Shown here one piece after another: positions 49,487 to 59,015 of a DNA stretch of 64,000 bases. Source of the DNA: an uncultured Oligoflexus sp. (GTDB taxonomy: Bacteria; Bdellovibrionota_B; Oligoflexia; Oligoflexales; Oligoflexaceae). Positions within the stretch are counted from its first letter, which is position 1; every line of letters starts with the position of its first letter. The notes under the pieces are model-generated. The model ran no database searches and was not told the origin of the DNA. It worked only from the letters and a program-made list of their open reading frames with translations. Position numbers and translations under genes: made by a program. The stretch covers positions 68,204 to 132,203 of the forward strand of contig CAXSGP010000001.1 in assembly GCA_964236955.1 (NCBI GenBank), given 5' to 3'.

Positions 49487-50626
49487 ATGCATCCACTTGC
49501 CGTTTATCCCAAGCTGGAACTTCAGTTGAAGAGTGCCAGGGGAGTTCGCCTGGAAACCTTGTCAGGCCAAAGCCTACTTGACTTTTATAGTGGCCACGGC
49601 GTCATTTCCATCGGCCATTCCCACCCAGCATGGGTCAAGCGCCTTGAAGAGCAGCTCTCTGGCTTAGCCTATTACTCAAACCTTGTGCCTCTTAAGGAAC
49701 AGGAGGATCTCTGCCTCGCTCTCGGCGAAGTCAGCGGCTGCCCAGACTACAATATCTTTCTCTCAAACTCGGGTGCCGAAGCTATCGAAAACGCACTGAA
49801 ATGTGCATCGCTCATCAACGGCCGAAAGCAGATCGTAGCGATGCGGGGCAGCTTTCATGGCCGCAGCTCGCTTGCCGCGCAGATTACCGATGCCTCCAAA
49901 CTCTGCGCTCCCATCAATAGCGGTCTCGACGTCCTTTGGCTCGACCTTGATGATCTTGATGCGGCCGGGCGCCTTATCACCCAGGCCACCGCCGCTGTTG
50001 TTATCGAAGGCATTCAAGGGGTCGGCGGCATTCGTGAAGCAGCGAGTGGCTTTTGGCAGGAATTGGCCAGACTATGCCAAGCGAGTGGCGCCTTGCTGAT
50101 CGCCGATGAAATTCAATCGGGCATCGGCCGGACCGGGGATTTTTTTGCGTTTCAAGCGCATGGCGTCAGACCCGATATCATCTGTACCGCCAAGGGTCTA
50201 GGCAACGGCTTTCCCATAGCCGCGACCTGGCTACTCGATACTTATTCCCTGCCGATGGGCTCGCTGGGCAGCACCTTTGGGGGAGGACCACTGGCCTGTC
50301 GGGCTGCGCTTTCAGTCTGTGAAGTCCTTATAGCGGAAAACCTTCCGGCCAATGCCCGGGCACAGGGCAACTACCTGAAGGCCGAGATAAAAAAGATCAA
50401 GGGCCTCAGAAATGTTCGGGGCCGGGGCCTGATGTTAGCCTTTGACGTCCAGGGACCTTCCGATCCTTTAAGGCTCTGCTTACTCCATGATTATGGTGTG
50501 ATCACTGGCAATGCCTCGAGCAAGGAGACCCTGCGCCTTCTGCCGCCCCTTTCGGTGACGCGCGCGGACTGTGAACACTTTGTTGAGCAATTGAAAAAAG
50601 CTATGCAGCAGATAGGCCTAACGTGA
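49487..50626 (+). CDS. argD: Acylornithine aminotransferase (class III PLP)
   Basis: NSGAEAIE, SFHGRS, IEGIQGVGG, DEIQSGIGRTG and AKGLGNGFP. Confidence 0.9.
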   Translation: MHPLAVYPKLELQLKSARGVRLETLSGQSLLDFYSGHGVISIGHSHPAWVKRLEEQLSGLAYYSNLVPLKEQEDLCLALGEVSGCPDYNIFLSNSGAEAIENALKCASLINGRKQIVAMRGSFHGRSSLAAQITDASKLCAPINSGLDVLWLDLDDLDAAGRLITQATAAVVIEGIQGVGGIREAASGFWQELARLCQASGALLIADEIQSGIGRTGDFFAFQAHGVRPDIICTAKGLGNGFPIAATWLLDTYSLPMGSLGSTFGGGPLACRAALSVCEVLIAENLPANARAQGNYLKAEIKKIKGLRNVRGRGLMLAFDVQGPSDPLRLCLLHDYGVITGNASSKETLRLLPPLSVTRADCEHFVEQLKKAMQQIGLT

Positions 50627-51576
50627 AAAATTTTCTAAGCGCTCTTGATGTCGATAATGTCCCAAAGCTTGTCGGCGAAGCCCGGGCCCTCAAAGCCGAG
50701 CCTTGGAGTTATGAGCAGATGGGCCGACGACGCTCGCTTGGTCTGATCTTTTTTAATCCGAGCCTTCGAACCCGGCTGAGCACGCAAAAGGCAGCTCAGC
50801 AGCTCGGCATGAACATTCTCATAATCAACGTCCAGCAGGACGGCTGGACCCTTGAGATGGAAGACGGCGTGATGATGAACGCGGGAAAGACCGAACATAT
50901 CAAGGAAGCGGCCGGTGTGTTTGCGCAGTACTGCGATATCATAGGCGTGCGCTGCTTTCCTGAGCTAAAGATCAGAGAATACGATTATGCTGAAACGGTA
51001 CTCAATAAAATCATTAAATACAGTGGCCGCCCGGTGATCTCTTTGGAGTCGGCCACCCTCCATCCCCTGCAATCGCTCGCCGATGTGATGACGATAGAAG
51101 AACATAAAACCGTTAAAAAACCCAAAGTCGTTTTGAGCTGGGCGCCTCATTTCAAAGCCTTGCCCCAGGCCGTGGCCAATTCCTTTTCGCAGTGGATGCA
51201 GTATATCGACTGTGAATTCGTGATCACCCATCCCGAAGGCTATGAGCTTCATCCAGAATATGCAGGCAAAGCCGAAATTATTCATGATCAGAAGAAGGCT
51301 TTTGCTGACGCCGATTTTGTCTATGTGAAAAACTGGTCGAGCTATAGCCAATACGGGCAGGTACTCAATGAGGACCCAGGCTGGCGAATCACGGCGGAAA
51401 AGATGGCCCTGACCAAGACCGGAAACTTCATGCACTGTTTGCCCGTTCGCCGTAATTTTAAGGTTGAAGACGCCGTGCTGGATAGCGCCCAGTCCCTGGT
51501 CCTGCAGCAGGCGCATAACCGGGTGTATTCGGCCCAGGTGGTGTTGAAACGTATACTTGAGACTCAATATGGATAA
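50623..51576 (+). CDS. argF: N-acylornithine carbamoyltransferase (ArgF'), probably N-succinylornithine-specific
   Basis: FFNPSLRTRLSTQKAA, KTEHIKEA, HPLQSLAD, WAPH..LPQAVANSF and MHCLPVRRN. Confidence 0.9.
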   Translation: MKNFLSALDVDNVPKLVGEARALKAEPWSYEQMGRRRSLGLIFFNPSLRTRLSTQKAAQQLGMNILIINVQQDGWTLEMEDGVMMNAGKTEHIKEAAGVFAQYCDIIGVRCFPELKIREYDYAETVLNKIIKYSGRPVISLESATLHPLQSLADVMTIEEHKTVKKPKVVLSWAPHFKALPQAVANSFSQWMQYIDCEFVITHPEGYELHPEYAGKAEIIHDQKKAFADADFVYVKNWSSYSQYGQVLNEDPGWRITAEKMALTKTGNFMHCLPVRRNFKVEDAVLDSAQSLVLQQAHNRVYSAQVVLKRILETQYG

Positions 51577-52351
51577 GCTCCGTGTCTTTAAGATAGGCGG
51601 GAAGGTGATCGACAATCCCGACTCTCTTGATACTTTTTTGACCCGTTTTGCCCTGATCAAAGGCCCCAAAATTCTGGTTCATGGCGGCGGTGTGATTGCC
51701 GATAGCGTAGCAAAGCGCCTCGATATTCCCACGGAAATGCGCAACGGACGGCGGATCACCTCGCTGGCCATGCGGGACCTGGTCACCATGGTTTATGGGG
51801 GGCAGATCAACAAATCATTGGTTGCCGCCTTACAAAGCAAGGCTTGTGATGCCATGGGGTTTACCGGAGCTGATGGAGGCCTTGTCAGGTCCAAGCGCCG
51901 AAATCCTGAGCCTATAGATTACGGCTATGTGGGGGATGTGACCGAGGTGCGATCGGAGCTTTTGCGAAGGCTGCTCGACCTTGGCCTGACCCCGGTCTTC
52001 GCTCCTCTTAGTTTTGATCAGGAGATTCTTAATACCAATGCCGATGCCATTGCCAGTGCCATAGCCCAGAGCCTGGCTCAAGATTACGACGTTGAGCTTT
52101 TCTACTGTTTTGAGCAAGCCGGAGTGCTGCTTGATCTCAATAGACCTTCGAGCCTGATCGAGGTTCTGGATCGGCGCTATTACCAAGATCTTTTAGGCAG
52201 AAAAATCATCTCGGCCGGAATGCTGCCCAAGCTTGAAGAATGTTTTCGAGCGCTGGAGGCTGGTGTTCAGGAAATCATCGTTGCCGAAGCAGGTGCCTGC
52301 CTGAATCAGGCGGAAGGCAAAGCCTTCCGCGGGACTCGTATCGCCCTTTAA
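51569..52351 (+). CDS. argB: Acylglutamate kinase
   Basis: KIGGKVID, VHGGG, GRRIT, MVYGGQINK, LNTNAD and GMLPKL. Confidence 0.93.
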   Translation: MDKLRVFKIGGKVIDNPDSLDTFLTRFALIKGPKILVHGGGVIADSVAKRLDIPTEMRNGRRITSLAMRDLVTMVYGGQINKSLVAALQSKACDAMGFTGADGGLVRSKRRNPEPIDYGYVGDVTEVRSELLRRLLDLGLTPVFAPLSFDQEILNTNADAIASAIAQSLAQDYDVELFYCFEQAGVLLDLNRPSSLIEVLDRRYYQDLLGRKIISAGMLPKLEECFRALEAGVQEIIVAEAGACLNQAEGKAFRGTRIAL

Positions 52352-52695
52352 AGATCGACAACCAACGGCAAAAACTTGACTTTATAGAGTTGTTCTAAAC
52401 GTTTCTCACGATCAATCACGCAGGGTAATTTCGCTGCGCTGGCCCCTAAGAAGCGCGCGAGAATTTTATCGGCCGTTGCTTCATCATCATAAGTCGTGAC
52501 AAAAACTGAGTCCTTGGCGTAAGCATCGGTAAAATGCTCAACACAACTTTTGCACCATGAAGCGAAAAAAACGATGCGTTTACTCTTATTCGCGAGGGTC
52601 AGGCGGATGAAATCATCACTACCATACACCCTGCAATCAGCCCAGGCTGCAGTCGATCCTAAAGCTAAAATTAGGCTCAATACAAAGGTCTTCAT
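52348..52695 (-). CDS. Exported thioredoxin-like protein
   Basis: Signal peptide, FFASWCKSC and YKVKFLP cis-Pro loop. Confidence 0.7.
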   Translation of the reverse strand: MKTFVLSLILALGSTAAWADCRVYGSDDFIRLTLANKSKRIVFFASWCKSCVEHFTDAYAKDSVFVTTYDDEATADKILARFLGASAAKLPCVIDREKRLEQLYKVKFLPLVVDL

Positions 52696-53594
52696 AACGT
52701 CCTCATCCAGGCCGTGGTGACCGAAAGAACCTGGGTGGCGTTTTGATTTTCACCAAAAGACGCGCGTTTGCTGACCGTGAACCGAAAGTTATCCAGGCTC
52801 TGCCGCAGGGTTTCGACCGTAAAAAAAAGATCATGGGACACTCGATCCGAATCGGAAAGTTCGCTACCTTCGAGACGGATCGCAGCGCGACGCTCCCGCA
52901 CCATTCCTCCCATCACCTTGACTGTCGGCAGAAGCATCGAGCCAAGACTCAAGATCTCCTTTTGCACGGCTCCTGGAAGAAGCCTACCGCTTTTCGTAGG
53001 CGTCGCCCAGGGATGACTCATGAGAACGCTCCCGCCAAACATGATGGGTAGCATACCAAACCACGCATCAACCCCATAAAAGGTCTCGGCATAGCCCGAT
53101 CCGAACGAATCGAGATAATTCTCCTTACGGGCATCCTGAACGGAAACCGTGGTCTTAAAACGATGGGAAAGAACCAGCTGAATCTGAGGGAGATAAGGCT
53201 CAAGCAAAGTCTGATTCAACGCCGTATAGCGTCCATTCAAACTTGTGTCGAGTACACCGGTTCCACCTCGGGAGCCTCGAGTATTGCGCCCGACACCCGA
53301 CACCAGGCTGCCCATGACATTCTCAGAAAGCCTTTGAGCAAACCCCAATTCCAGCTGGCGCTTTTGTTCGGGCCCCAGGTCGCGGCGAACTTCGCCTCTG
53401 CTATCGATATCCTTAAAATTGGATTGGCCGCCGAAACCCAGATAAAATTTTTGATCTTCCAGCGGATTAAGGATAACCGGGTCCGCCGCTCCACTTCCAC
53501 AGGAGGAGCAGGGATAGGCCTGACTGGCAAAACAGAAAATAAAGCCCGATGCAAGAATCAACCGCTTAAGATAAGAGTCAATGAACTTCAGCAT
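52692..53594 (-). CDS. Outer-membrane beta-barrel 'transporter'-like protein with N-terminal CxxC
   Basis: Signal peptide followed by CSSCGSG; amphipathic strands; FGSG loop. Confidence 0.6.
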   Translation of the reverse strand: MLKFIDSYLKRLILASGFIFCFASQAYPCSSCGSGAADPVILNPLEDQKFYLGFGGQSNFKDIDSRGEVRRDLGPEQKRQLELGFAQRLSENVMGSLVSGVGRNTRGSRGGTGVLDTSLNGRYTALNQTLLEPYLPQIQLVLSHRFKTTVSVQDARKENYLDSFGSGYAETFYGVDAWFGMLPIMFGGSVLMSHPWATPTKSGRLLPGAVQKEILSLGSMLLPTVKVMGGMVRERRAAIRLEGSELSDSDRVSHDLFFTVETLRQSLDNFRFTVSKRASFGENQNATQVLSVTTAWMRTL

Positions 53595-54081
53595 CGATTA
53601 CCACCCTTGCCGTATCCGTCTGACCCTCGAGCTCAGCTTCGATATCAACGACCCAGGAAGTCGAGGCGCCCGGCATCGAGAAGTAAATATTTTTTACCAG
53701 CCAATGGCCGGGCTCCTCTTCGGTTAAAGTCAGTTCATTTTCTTTGATCGAACCGTGTCCCATCGTCGTCATATAGAGTTTAAAACGCTTGAGCACGGCA
53801 GGTATATGGTCGCCGGCGGGGTTATGAAAGTGCACGAGTGCCGAATTTTCAATCGTTCCCGCCACAAGATTTGGACTCCAGTTTACCTCGACCTGAAAAA
53901 GACCCTTCGTTGAACTAACCCTTAATTCATCGCCACCCTCTTTCTCATGGTTTTCACCTGCGGCATCCAGCGCGGGAGTGGGGCCTTGAGGTGACGAGGA
54001 TTTGCTTGACCCACAGGCCATCATCATTCCATAAAACGATATAAAGAAGATCATGCTTAGGACGCTGATTAGCATATTCAT
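53578..54081 (-). CDS. YtkA/FixH-like Ig-fold lipoprotein (putative Cu chaperone)
   Basis: Lipobox MMAC; MTTMGHGS and YFSMPG..W Met/His motifs. Confidence 0.72.
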   Translation of the reverse strand: MNMLISVLSMIFFISFYGMMMACGSSKSSSPQGPTPALDAAGENHEKEGGDELRVSSTKGLFQVEVNWSPNLVAGTIENSALVHFHNPAGDHIPAVLKRFKLYMTTMGHGSIKENELTLTEEEPGHWLVKNIYFSMPGASTSWVVDIEAELEGQTDTARVVIDAEVH

Positions 54082-54223
54082 TAGATTTTCCTGCTTTTTT
54101 AATGTTGATAAGAGTCAATCCCGGCAAAATTATTCGACCGGCGTTGGGCGATAGCGACCCTAAAGCTAGCGCGTCGATCGCGTTGAGCTTGGGCGTCTAA
54201 TTATTGGGAATGGGAAAGATGGA

Positions 54224-54583
54224 TCACACCCGAGGGGGTGGTTCAACGCGATCGAGGCTAATTTCAGTCGGCTCAATAAGGTAATCGAATCCGATGGGAG
54301 CAGGCCGACTGTCGGGAGTGCGAAGTGCGAGCCGAGGGTCTGGCCCCTGCACGGCAAGGAATACAAAGCTTACCAGAGAGCATTGGCAAAGATGGGCATT
54401 TTGAAGCACAGGAGCTTTCCTATCAGAGGAGGAATGGCAATGCTCCTCGACTTGGACTCTGCCGTTCAACCCTGCTGAAAATAAAGCGTCACACCGTGGA
54501 ATACTTGCTATGCATAGGTTTGCCGCAAGCCACAGCAGGCCCATTATTCGCAAGGTCTTTCGCCACTTTAAGTTTGACGCCAT
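54224..54583 (-). CDS. Cys/His-rich membrane-anchored small protein ending EPPPRV (DUF2946/CruR-like architecture)
   Basis: GGAGG RBS before ATG 54583; TM helix; HCH and HLCQC; C-terminal PPP. Confidence 0.62.
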   Translation of the reverse strand: MASNLKWRKTLRIMGLLWLAANLCIASIPRCDALFSAGLNGRVQVEEHCHSSSDRKAPVLQNAHLCQCSLVSFVFLAVQGPDPRLALRTPDSRPAPIGFDYLIEPTEISLDRVEPPPRV

Positions 54584-54850
54584 CGGTGCCTCCAAAACTT
54601 AGGTTAACAGAAGGCCAGGAAAGAGGCAAAAGCTTGTTCCACTTTGCAGCGCGTAGGCTCGACCCAAAGCCTTCTCTGCCAAACAACTTGGACAAATGAC
54701 CGGAATGAACGTGCATTTGGACTGCCTCCACTTTTTAACTTGGCGAGATCCAACGCAATTTGCTATCCATGCCCATCTTGTGATCCACTTTAAGAATGCC
54801 CAAAGCGGGGTTGGTCGACTCATTTTTGACCACGGTTGAAAGGAATTTCT

Positions 54851-55318
54851 ATGCCAGGTTTTATACCTTCGAGCCGCGCTAGTTTTGTGCTCGACCTAAT
54901 CGTGTTGGCTATGGCATTGGTGGTACCGATCTTAGTCCTCAGCATTTATAGGGTTCGAGTCTGGCAAAATATCGCCCTCCATCGCCTGATTCAAACGACT
55001 CTGGGTCTGGTGCTCGGCGTTGCCATCATCGCTTTTGAATGGGACATGCGAATCAATGGTTGGCGAGATTTGGCAGAACCCTCCCCTTATTACGAGAGTT
55101 GGGTCTTTCCTGCCCTGATCCTCCATCTGTGTTTTGCCGTTCCTACCCTTTTTCTATGGACTTATACGATCATAATGGCGCTTAAGCATTCGATCGATCA
55201 AAAATCAGGCAAGGCCCGGTTTCAACACAAAAAATTCGGTCTTTTGTCGTCCTATTCGATGGTAGGCACCGCAGTGACAGGATGGATCTTCTACTGGCTG
55301 GCATTTATTGCCTCCTGA
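54851..55318 (+). CDS. DUF420 family membrane protein
   Basis: Four TM helices with conserved His pattern (LHRLIQ, LILHL, QHKKFG) and TGWIFYW. Confidence 0.72.
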   Translation: MPGFIPSSRASFVLDLIVLAMALVVPILVLSIYRVRVWQNIALHRLIQTTLGLVLGVAIIAFEWDMRINGWRDLAEPSPYYESWVFPALILHLCFAVPTLFLWTYTIIMALKHSIDQKSGKARFQHKKFGLLSSYSMVGTAVTGWIFYWLAFIAS

Positions 55319-55497
55319 CCCCTCCTTTGCACCTGCAGGCTTGTCAAGTAAGCTATGTCTATCTATACTCATCGGGTTAAGTGGGCGACTCCTAAAAAGT
55401 CCCCAAAAACCTGAGGACAGTCCTCACAATCCTTCACCCTTTTTCCGAAGAGAAGATCTCTCGATGGGTCTAAACAATTTATATAAGGAGATTAAAG

Positions 55498-55890
55498 ATG
55501 TCCCCAATCAGCCCGCAAAGAAACGATCAGTCCGACCTGCCCAAGCAAAATCAAGGTGCCTCGACTTACACCGGTAAGGATTTAAAGGGTTTATCCTCAG
55601 ATGAGCTCAATACTCTGATCGAGCAGGTTGGCCTAGGCAATCGAAATCAGGCTCGCAGTTTCATCAGCCGAACCCTGCACGTTAATGATGTTGTTGCCGA
55701 AAGCTGCCTTCGTCACCTTGAGGAAAAACTCAATCGGGAGCATGATTATCGCGAGCGCATCCTCAAGCAGGTGTCGGCACTTCCGTCGGCCAACGTCATC
55801 GACCACCAGCAGTTTCTCCGTGATGCCTTCGGTGTTCAAGGCATCGTGTCCAAAGCAATCCTCAATCACTGGCGAATAGGAGGTTCTTAA
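55498..55890 (+). CDS. Hypothetical helical protein
   Basis: AAGGAG RBS; 130-aa ORF with a weak internal duplication. Confidence 0.6.
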   Translation: MSPISPQRNDQSDLPKQNQGASTYTGKDLKGLSSDELNTLIEQVGLGNRNQARSFISRTLHVNDVVAESCLRHLEEKLNREHDYRERILKQVSALPSANVIDHQQFLRDAFGVQGIVSKAILNHWRIGGS

Positions 55891-56113
55891 TTGAGTCAAA
55901 GTCCTGATCGGCCCTTAAAACGCCACCTGCGCTTAATCTGCAAGCCTATGGGTTTAGGTCATTGCAGTTAAGCGCTCCCCTTTTTAGCCCCGAGCTATCA
56001 CACCCTGATCTTCTCAAATCCCCCACAAAAAAAGCCCCTCATTTCTGAAGAGCTTTAAAACATGCTGTTGATTCCGCAATTATTCTCGCTGGCTACCAGC
56101 GCCAACTGACATG

Positions 56114-57172
56114 TTATTGACAAAGGTCGTCGGCGTCTTTCACGGTCTGAAGATTCTCGTAATTGTCAAAACTCTGGCCGCCGCCATAGTCCGAATATTT
56201 CGGGAATTTAAAGAAAAATTTATTGCTGTCGGGAATATCGACATTGGCAAAAGCCCCGGCATCGACCTTGGTGTTGCCGAAGCCATAAGCAAGCCGGAAG
56301 CCCCGATCCTGGAGGCCTTGTAAAACGCCTGTTTTGTAGGCCACAGCCTTATCGCCGGAAATCCCGAAAATAGAGGCCGAACTCGTTTGAATGATTCCGG
56401 CCGGGAACTTTTTATTTTTGATAAATTCGCGGGTACGCCCGATCAGACTGGTGGCGCGCGCTGTGAGGTAAAGGGGATGATAACCTTTCTTCGCCAGACC
56501 GGTCAGCAGCTGGGCCGCTCCCGGATGAGCGGGTGGCGTCGCGCCTATGATCGATGAGAAGCCTTCAATAAGCTCACTTGTCGTCAAGGTGCCATCGACG
56601 TCGCTTACAAAAAGCGTTGTACCCTCCGGCAGGATCTCGAGAAAGAGTTCCGTTGCCGACTGATCCCCACTGACCTGCAGACGCAGCCGATGCCGACCCA
56701 GCCCAAGCCGTTCTGCGGCGGGTATTTTAAAAAAGACCATGCCCCCTTCATCCTGCACCGAAAGCACTTCAGGGTGCTCGCCCTTGGCCGTGGTCATAGT
56801 CGACCCAAGCGTCTCCCAGTTCGCTCCACAGTCTCTTAGAACCTGTATCACAACCTCTTCATGTACCAAGGGACTGCGGACCAGAAAGTTGCCATATTGA
56901 AATTTGCCGATAACCCACTGGTCTTCGGTTTCATTGAGATAAAAATCCTTACCGAAGTGAAAGGTACTGCCGCTTGGACTGGAAGTAAGAAAGCCCGTCT
57001 TGGTGCCCACCGGAGGGGCTGCATCACAGGCAAGGGCAACGCCACAGCTGGCGACACTTCTCGTCGTAGACAAAGGCTCTAGGTCTTCCTTAGATTGCCC
57101 AAAGCCGACCAAGGGAACCAGCGAACTAAACGCAAGAGCAACTAAAGGCAGTGACATATGCTTAAAACGCAT
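56114..57172 (-). CDS. Secreted LNS2 (lipin/Nir2-like) HAD phosphatase with Ig-like domain
   Basis: Signal peptide; VSDVDGTLT (DxDxT), YLTAR, YK and GFGNTKVD HAD motifs. Confidence 0.78.
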   Translation of the reverse strand: MRFKHMSLPLVALAFSSLVPLVGFGQSKEDLEPLSTTRSVASCGVALACDAAPPVGTKTGFLTSSPSGSTFHFGKDFYLNETEDQWVIGKFQYGNFLVRSPLVHEEVVIQVLRDCGANWETLGSTMTTAKGEHPEVLSVQDEGGMVFFKIPAAERLGLGRHRLRLQVSGDQSATELFLEILPEGTTLFVSDVDGTLTTSELIEGFSSIIGATPPAHPGAAQLLTGLAKKGYHPLYLTARATSLIGRTREFIKNKKFPAGIIQTSSASIFGISGDKAVAYKTGVLQGLQDRGFRLAYGFGNTKVDAGAFANVDIPDSNKFFFKFPKYSDYGGGQSFDNYENLQTVKDADDLCQ

Positions 57173-57335
57173 TGTGAGATTCCTTCACAAAGTCTTTGGA
57201 ATGAGCCGTTATCCTGATCCGTAACACGAGGCTTTCCCGCGAAGCAAACCAAATCCCCATTCTTTAGGAAAAATTCACAAGGGAACACGAAGGTTTTACG
57301 CCTGGCACGGATCGGAAATTCCCAAAATTTAAAAA

Positions 57336-58037
57336 TCAGGCCTTCAGAGCCGAATCCGTCGCGAGCGATTGACGAAGGCTGACGAACTTCATATGATTTT
57401 CCATTAACTTACTGACAAAACTCTGCGCCAGGGTACTCTCTAATGACTTATTCGGCAAAATCCAGGTGCCGCTGATGGTAAGAACCGATGCGCAGAGGGC
57501 ATAGGCCGGCCAGTTTTCTGCCGTGACTCCGCCGGACGCGCAGTAACGCATGTGGGGAAAAGGACCTTCGATCGCTTTGATAAAGGCCTCATGCAGATAG
57601 GCTGCCGGGAATAGCTTGGCATTCCAAAATCCCATTGCACTTACTGTCATGATCTCTGAGGGCGTCATGACGCCGGGCAAATAAGCGAAAGATGCTGAGC
57701 GGGCCTTTTCCAAAAGCACAGGGAGCATCCCCGGACTCACCACAAAATCGGCACCACAATTCTGCGCGCGCTCAAAATCACCAACGGATAGAACCGTTCC
57801 GAGCCCGACTTTGAGCTGCGGAAAACTTTCTTTGAGCTGACGCACACCTTTTTCAGCATACGAAGAGCGAAGCAGGACTTCAATTCCCGTTAGGCCCGCA
57901 CGCTCAGCATACTCACCACACTCGCGCCAGCTATCAGACTCCTTGAGAGTCACTGAAGGCAAAAAATGCAGAGCTTGCAAAATCTCGCCCATCAAACGAC
58001 TTGATAAATTTTCGCCAAGAGGTTCAAGGTCTACCAT
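57336..58037 (-). CDS. eda: KDPG/KHG aldolase
   Basis: GIEVLLRS, VGLGTVL, FVVSPG, PGVMTPSEI, KLFPA and CASGGVT. Confidence 0.88.
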   Translation of the reverse strand: MVDLEPLGENLSSRLMGEILQALHFLPSVTLKESDSWRECGEYAERAGLTGIEVLLRSSYAEKGVRQLKESFPQLKVGLGTVLSVGDFERAQNCGADFVVSPGMLPVLLEKARSASFAYLPGVMTPSEIMTVSAMGFWNAKLFPAAYLHEAFIKAIEGPFPHMRYCASGGVTAENWPAYALCASVLTISGTWILPNKSLESTLAQSFVSKLMENHMKFVSLRQSLATDSALKA

Positions 58038-58058
58038 CGATGACTGTCCTTCCCTGTT

Positions 58059-59015
58059 TCAGTTACCATTATCAAAGATAGAAGCGGCACCAATGAGACC
58101 TGGTTGGTTGCCCATAATGACATAAGTAGGTATCGCTGCCACATAGTTCGACATGCGACCTTTTGATTCAAAACGTCGGCGAAAGGAGCTTTGATCCAGA
58201 AAATCTATGAATCGAGGCACGATGCCACCGGCGATATAGATACCACCTTGTGCCCCAAGCTGCAGGGCATAGTCACCAGCAACCGCACCTAGAATACCGC
58301 AGAAGCACTCAAGTGCCTCGACGCAGACTGCGTCCTCGCCTTTGATCGCCTGCTCCGAAATCTCAGCGGCATTTGGTAATCTCTTCGCTTTGCCCTGCAT
58401 CTCACTGAGAGCCGCAAAAATATTGCATAGGCCTGCTCCCGACAGGAGGTCTTCATTCGAAACGAAGCCGTTGCTCCTGCGTAGGTGTCTGGCGATAGCC
58501 GTTTCCCTCTCGTCACAGGGCGCAAACGCCGCATGGCCCCCCTCCGAGGGCAAAGGAATGCCCGAGGGATGGGCGGGCATCAGAGCTGCCATACCGAGCC
58601 CGGTGCCCGGCCCCAGGACTGCCAGGGCCTGATGGGGTCTCGGCGTGCCAGGACCGACCTTATGCAATTCAGGATCCGCGAGAAAAGGCAGACTCCGGGC
58701 AACCGCTTCAAAGTCATTCATCACATGCAGATAATCGAGTCCCAGCTGCGTTTTTAATTCTTCTATAGAAAAGGACCAGGAGTTATTGGTGAATTTAATC
58801 TCATCACATAAGACGGGCGAGGCAACGGCAAAGCAGGCCTTCTTGGGAAGGACTGCGCACTGGGCCTTGGCAAGAAAGTTTGAAACGACTTCGAGAAGGC
58901 TTGGGAAGTCGCGATTGGAGAACTGTTCGATGCCAAAAATCTCATTGCCCTCTCCGGTAACGAGACCGACGCGGGCGTTGGTTCCTCCGATGTCGGCTAC
59001 TAAAAAGTGGTTCAT
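58059..59015 (-). CDS. glk: Glucokinase
   Basis: ADIGGTNAR, MNDFEA, GPGTGLG, SEGGH and GGIYIAGGI; ATG 59015 after GGGGAAG-like RBS. Confidence 0.93.
   Translation of the reverse strand: MNHFLVADIGGTNARVGLVTGEGNEIFGIEQFSNRDFPSLLEVVSNFLAKAQCAVLPKKACFAVASPVLCDEIKFTNNSWSFSIEELKTQLGLDYLHVMNDFEAVARSLPFLADPELHKVGPGTPRPHQALAVLGPGTGLGMAALMPAHPSGIPLPSEGGHAAFAPCDERETAIARHLRRSNGFVSNEDLLSGAGLCNIFAALSEMQGKAKRLPNAAEISEQAIKGEDAVCVEALECFCGILGAVAGDYALQLGAQGGIYIAGGIVPRFIDFLDQSSFRRRFESKGRMSNYVAAIPTYVIMGNQPGLIGAASIFDNGN

Noticed and set aside
54599-54823. 74-aa ORF with CPSC upstream of the Cu-type leader
   Set aside because: No RBS, atypical composition, lies in a divergent promoter region
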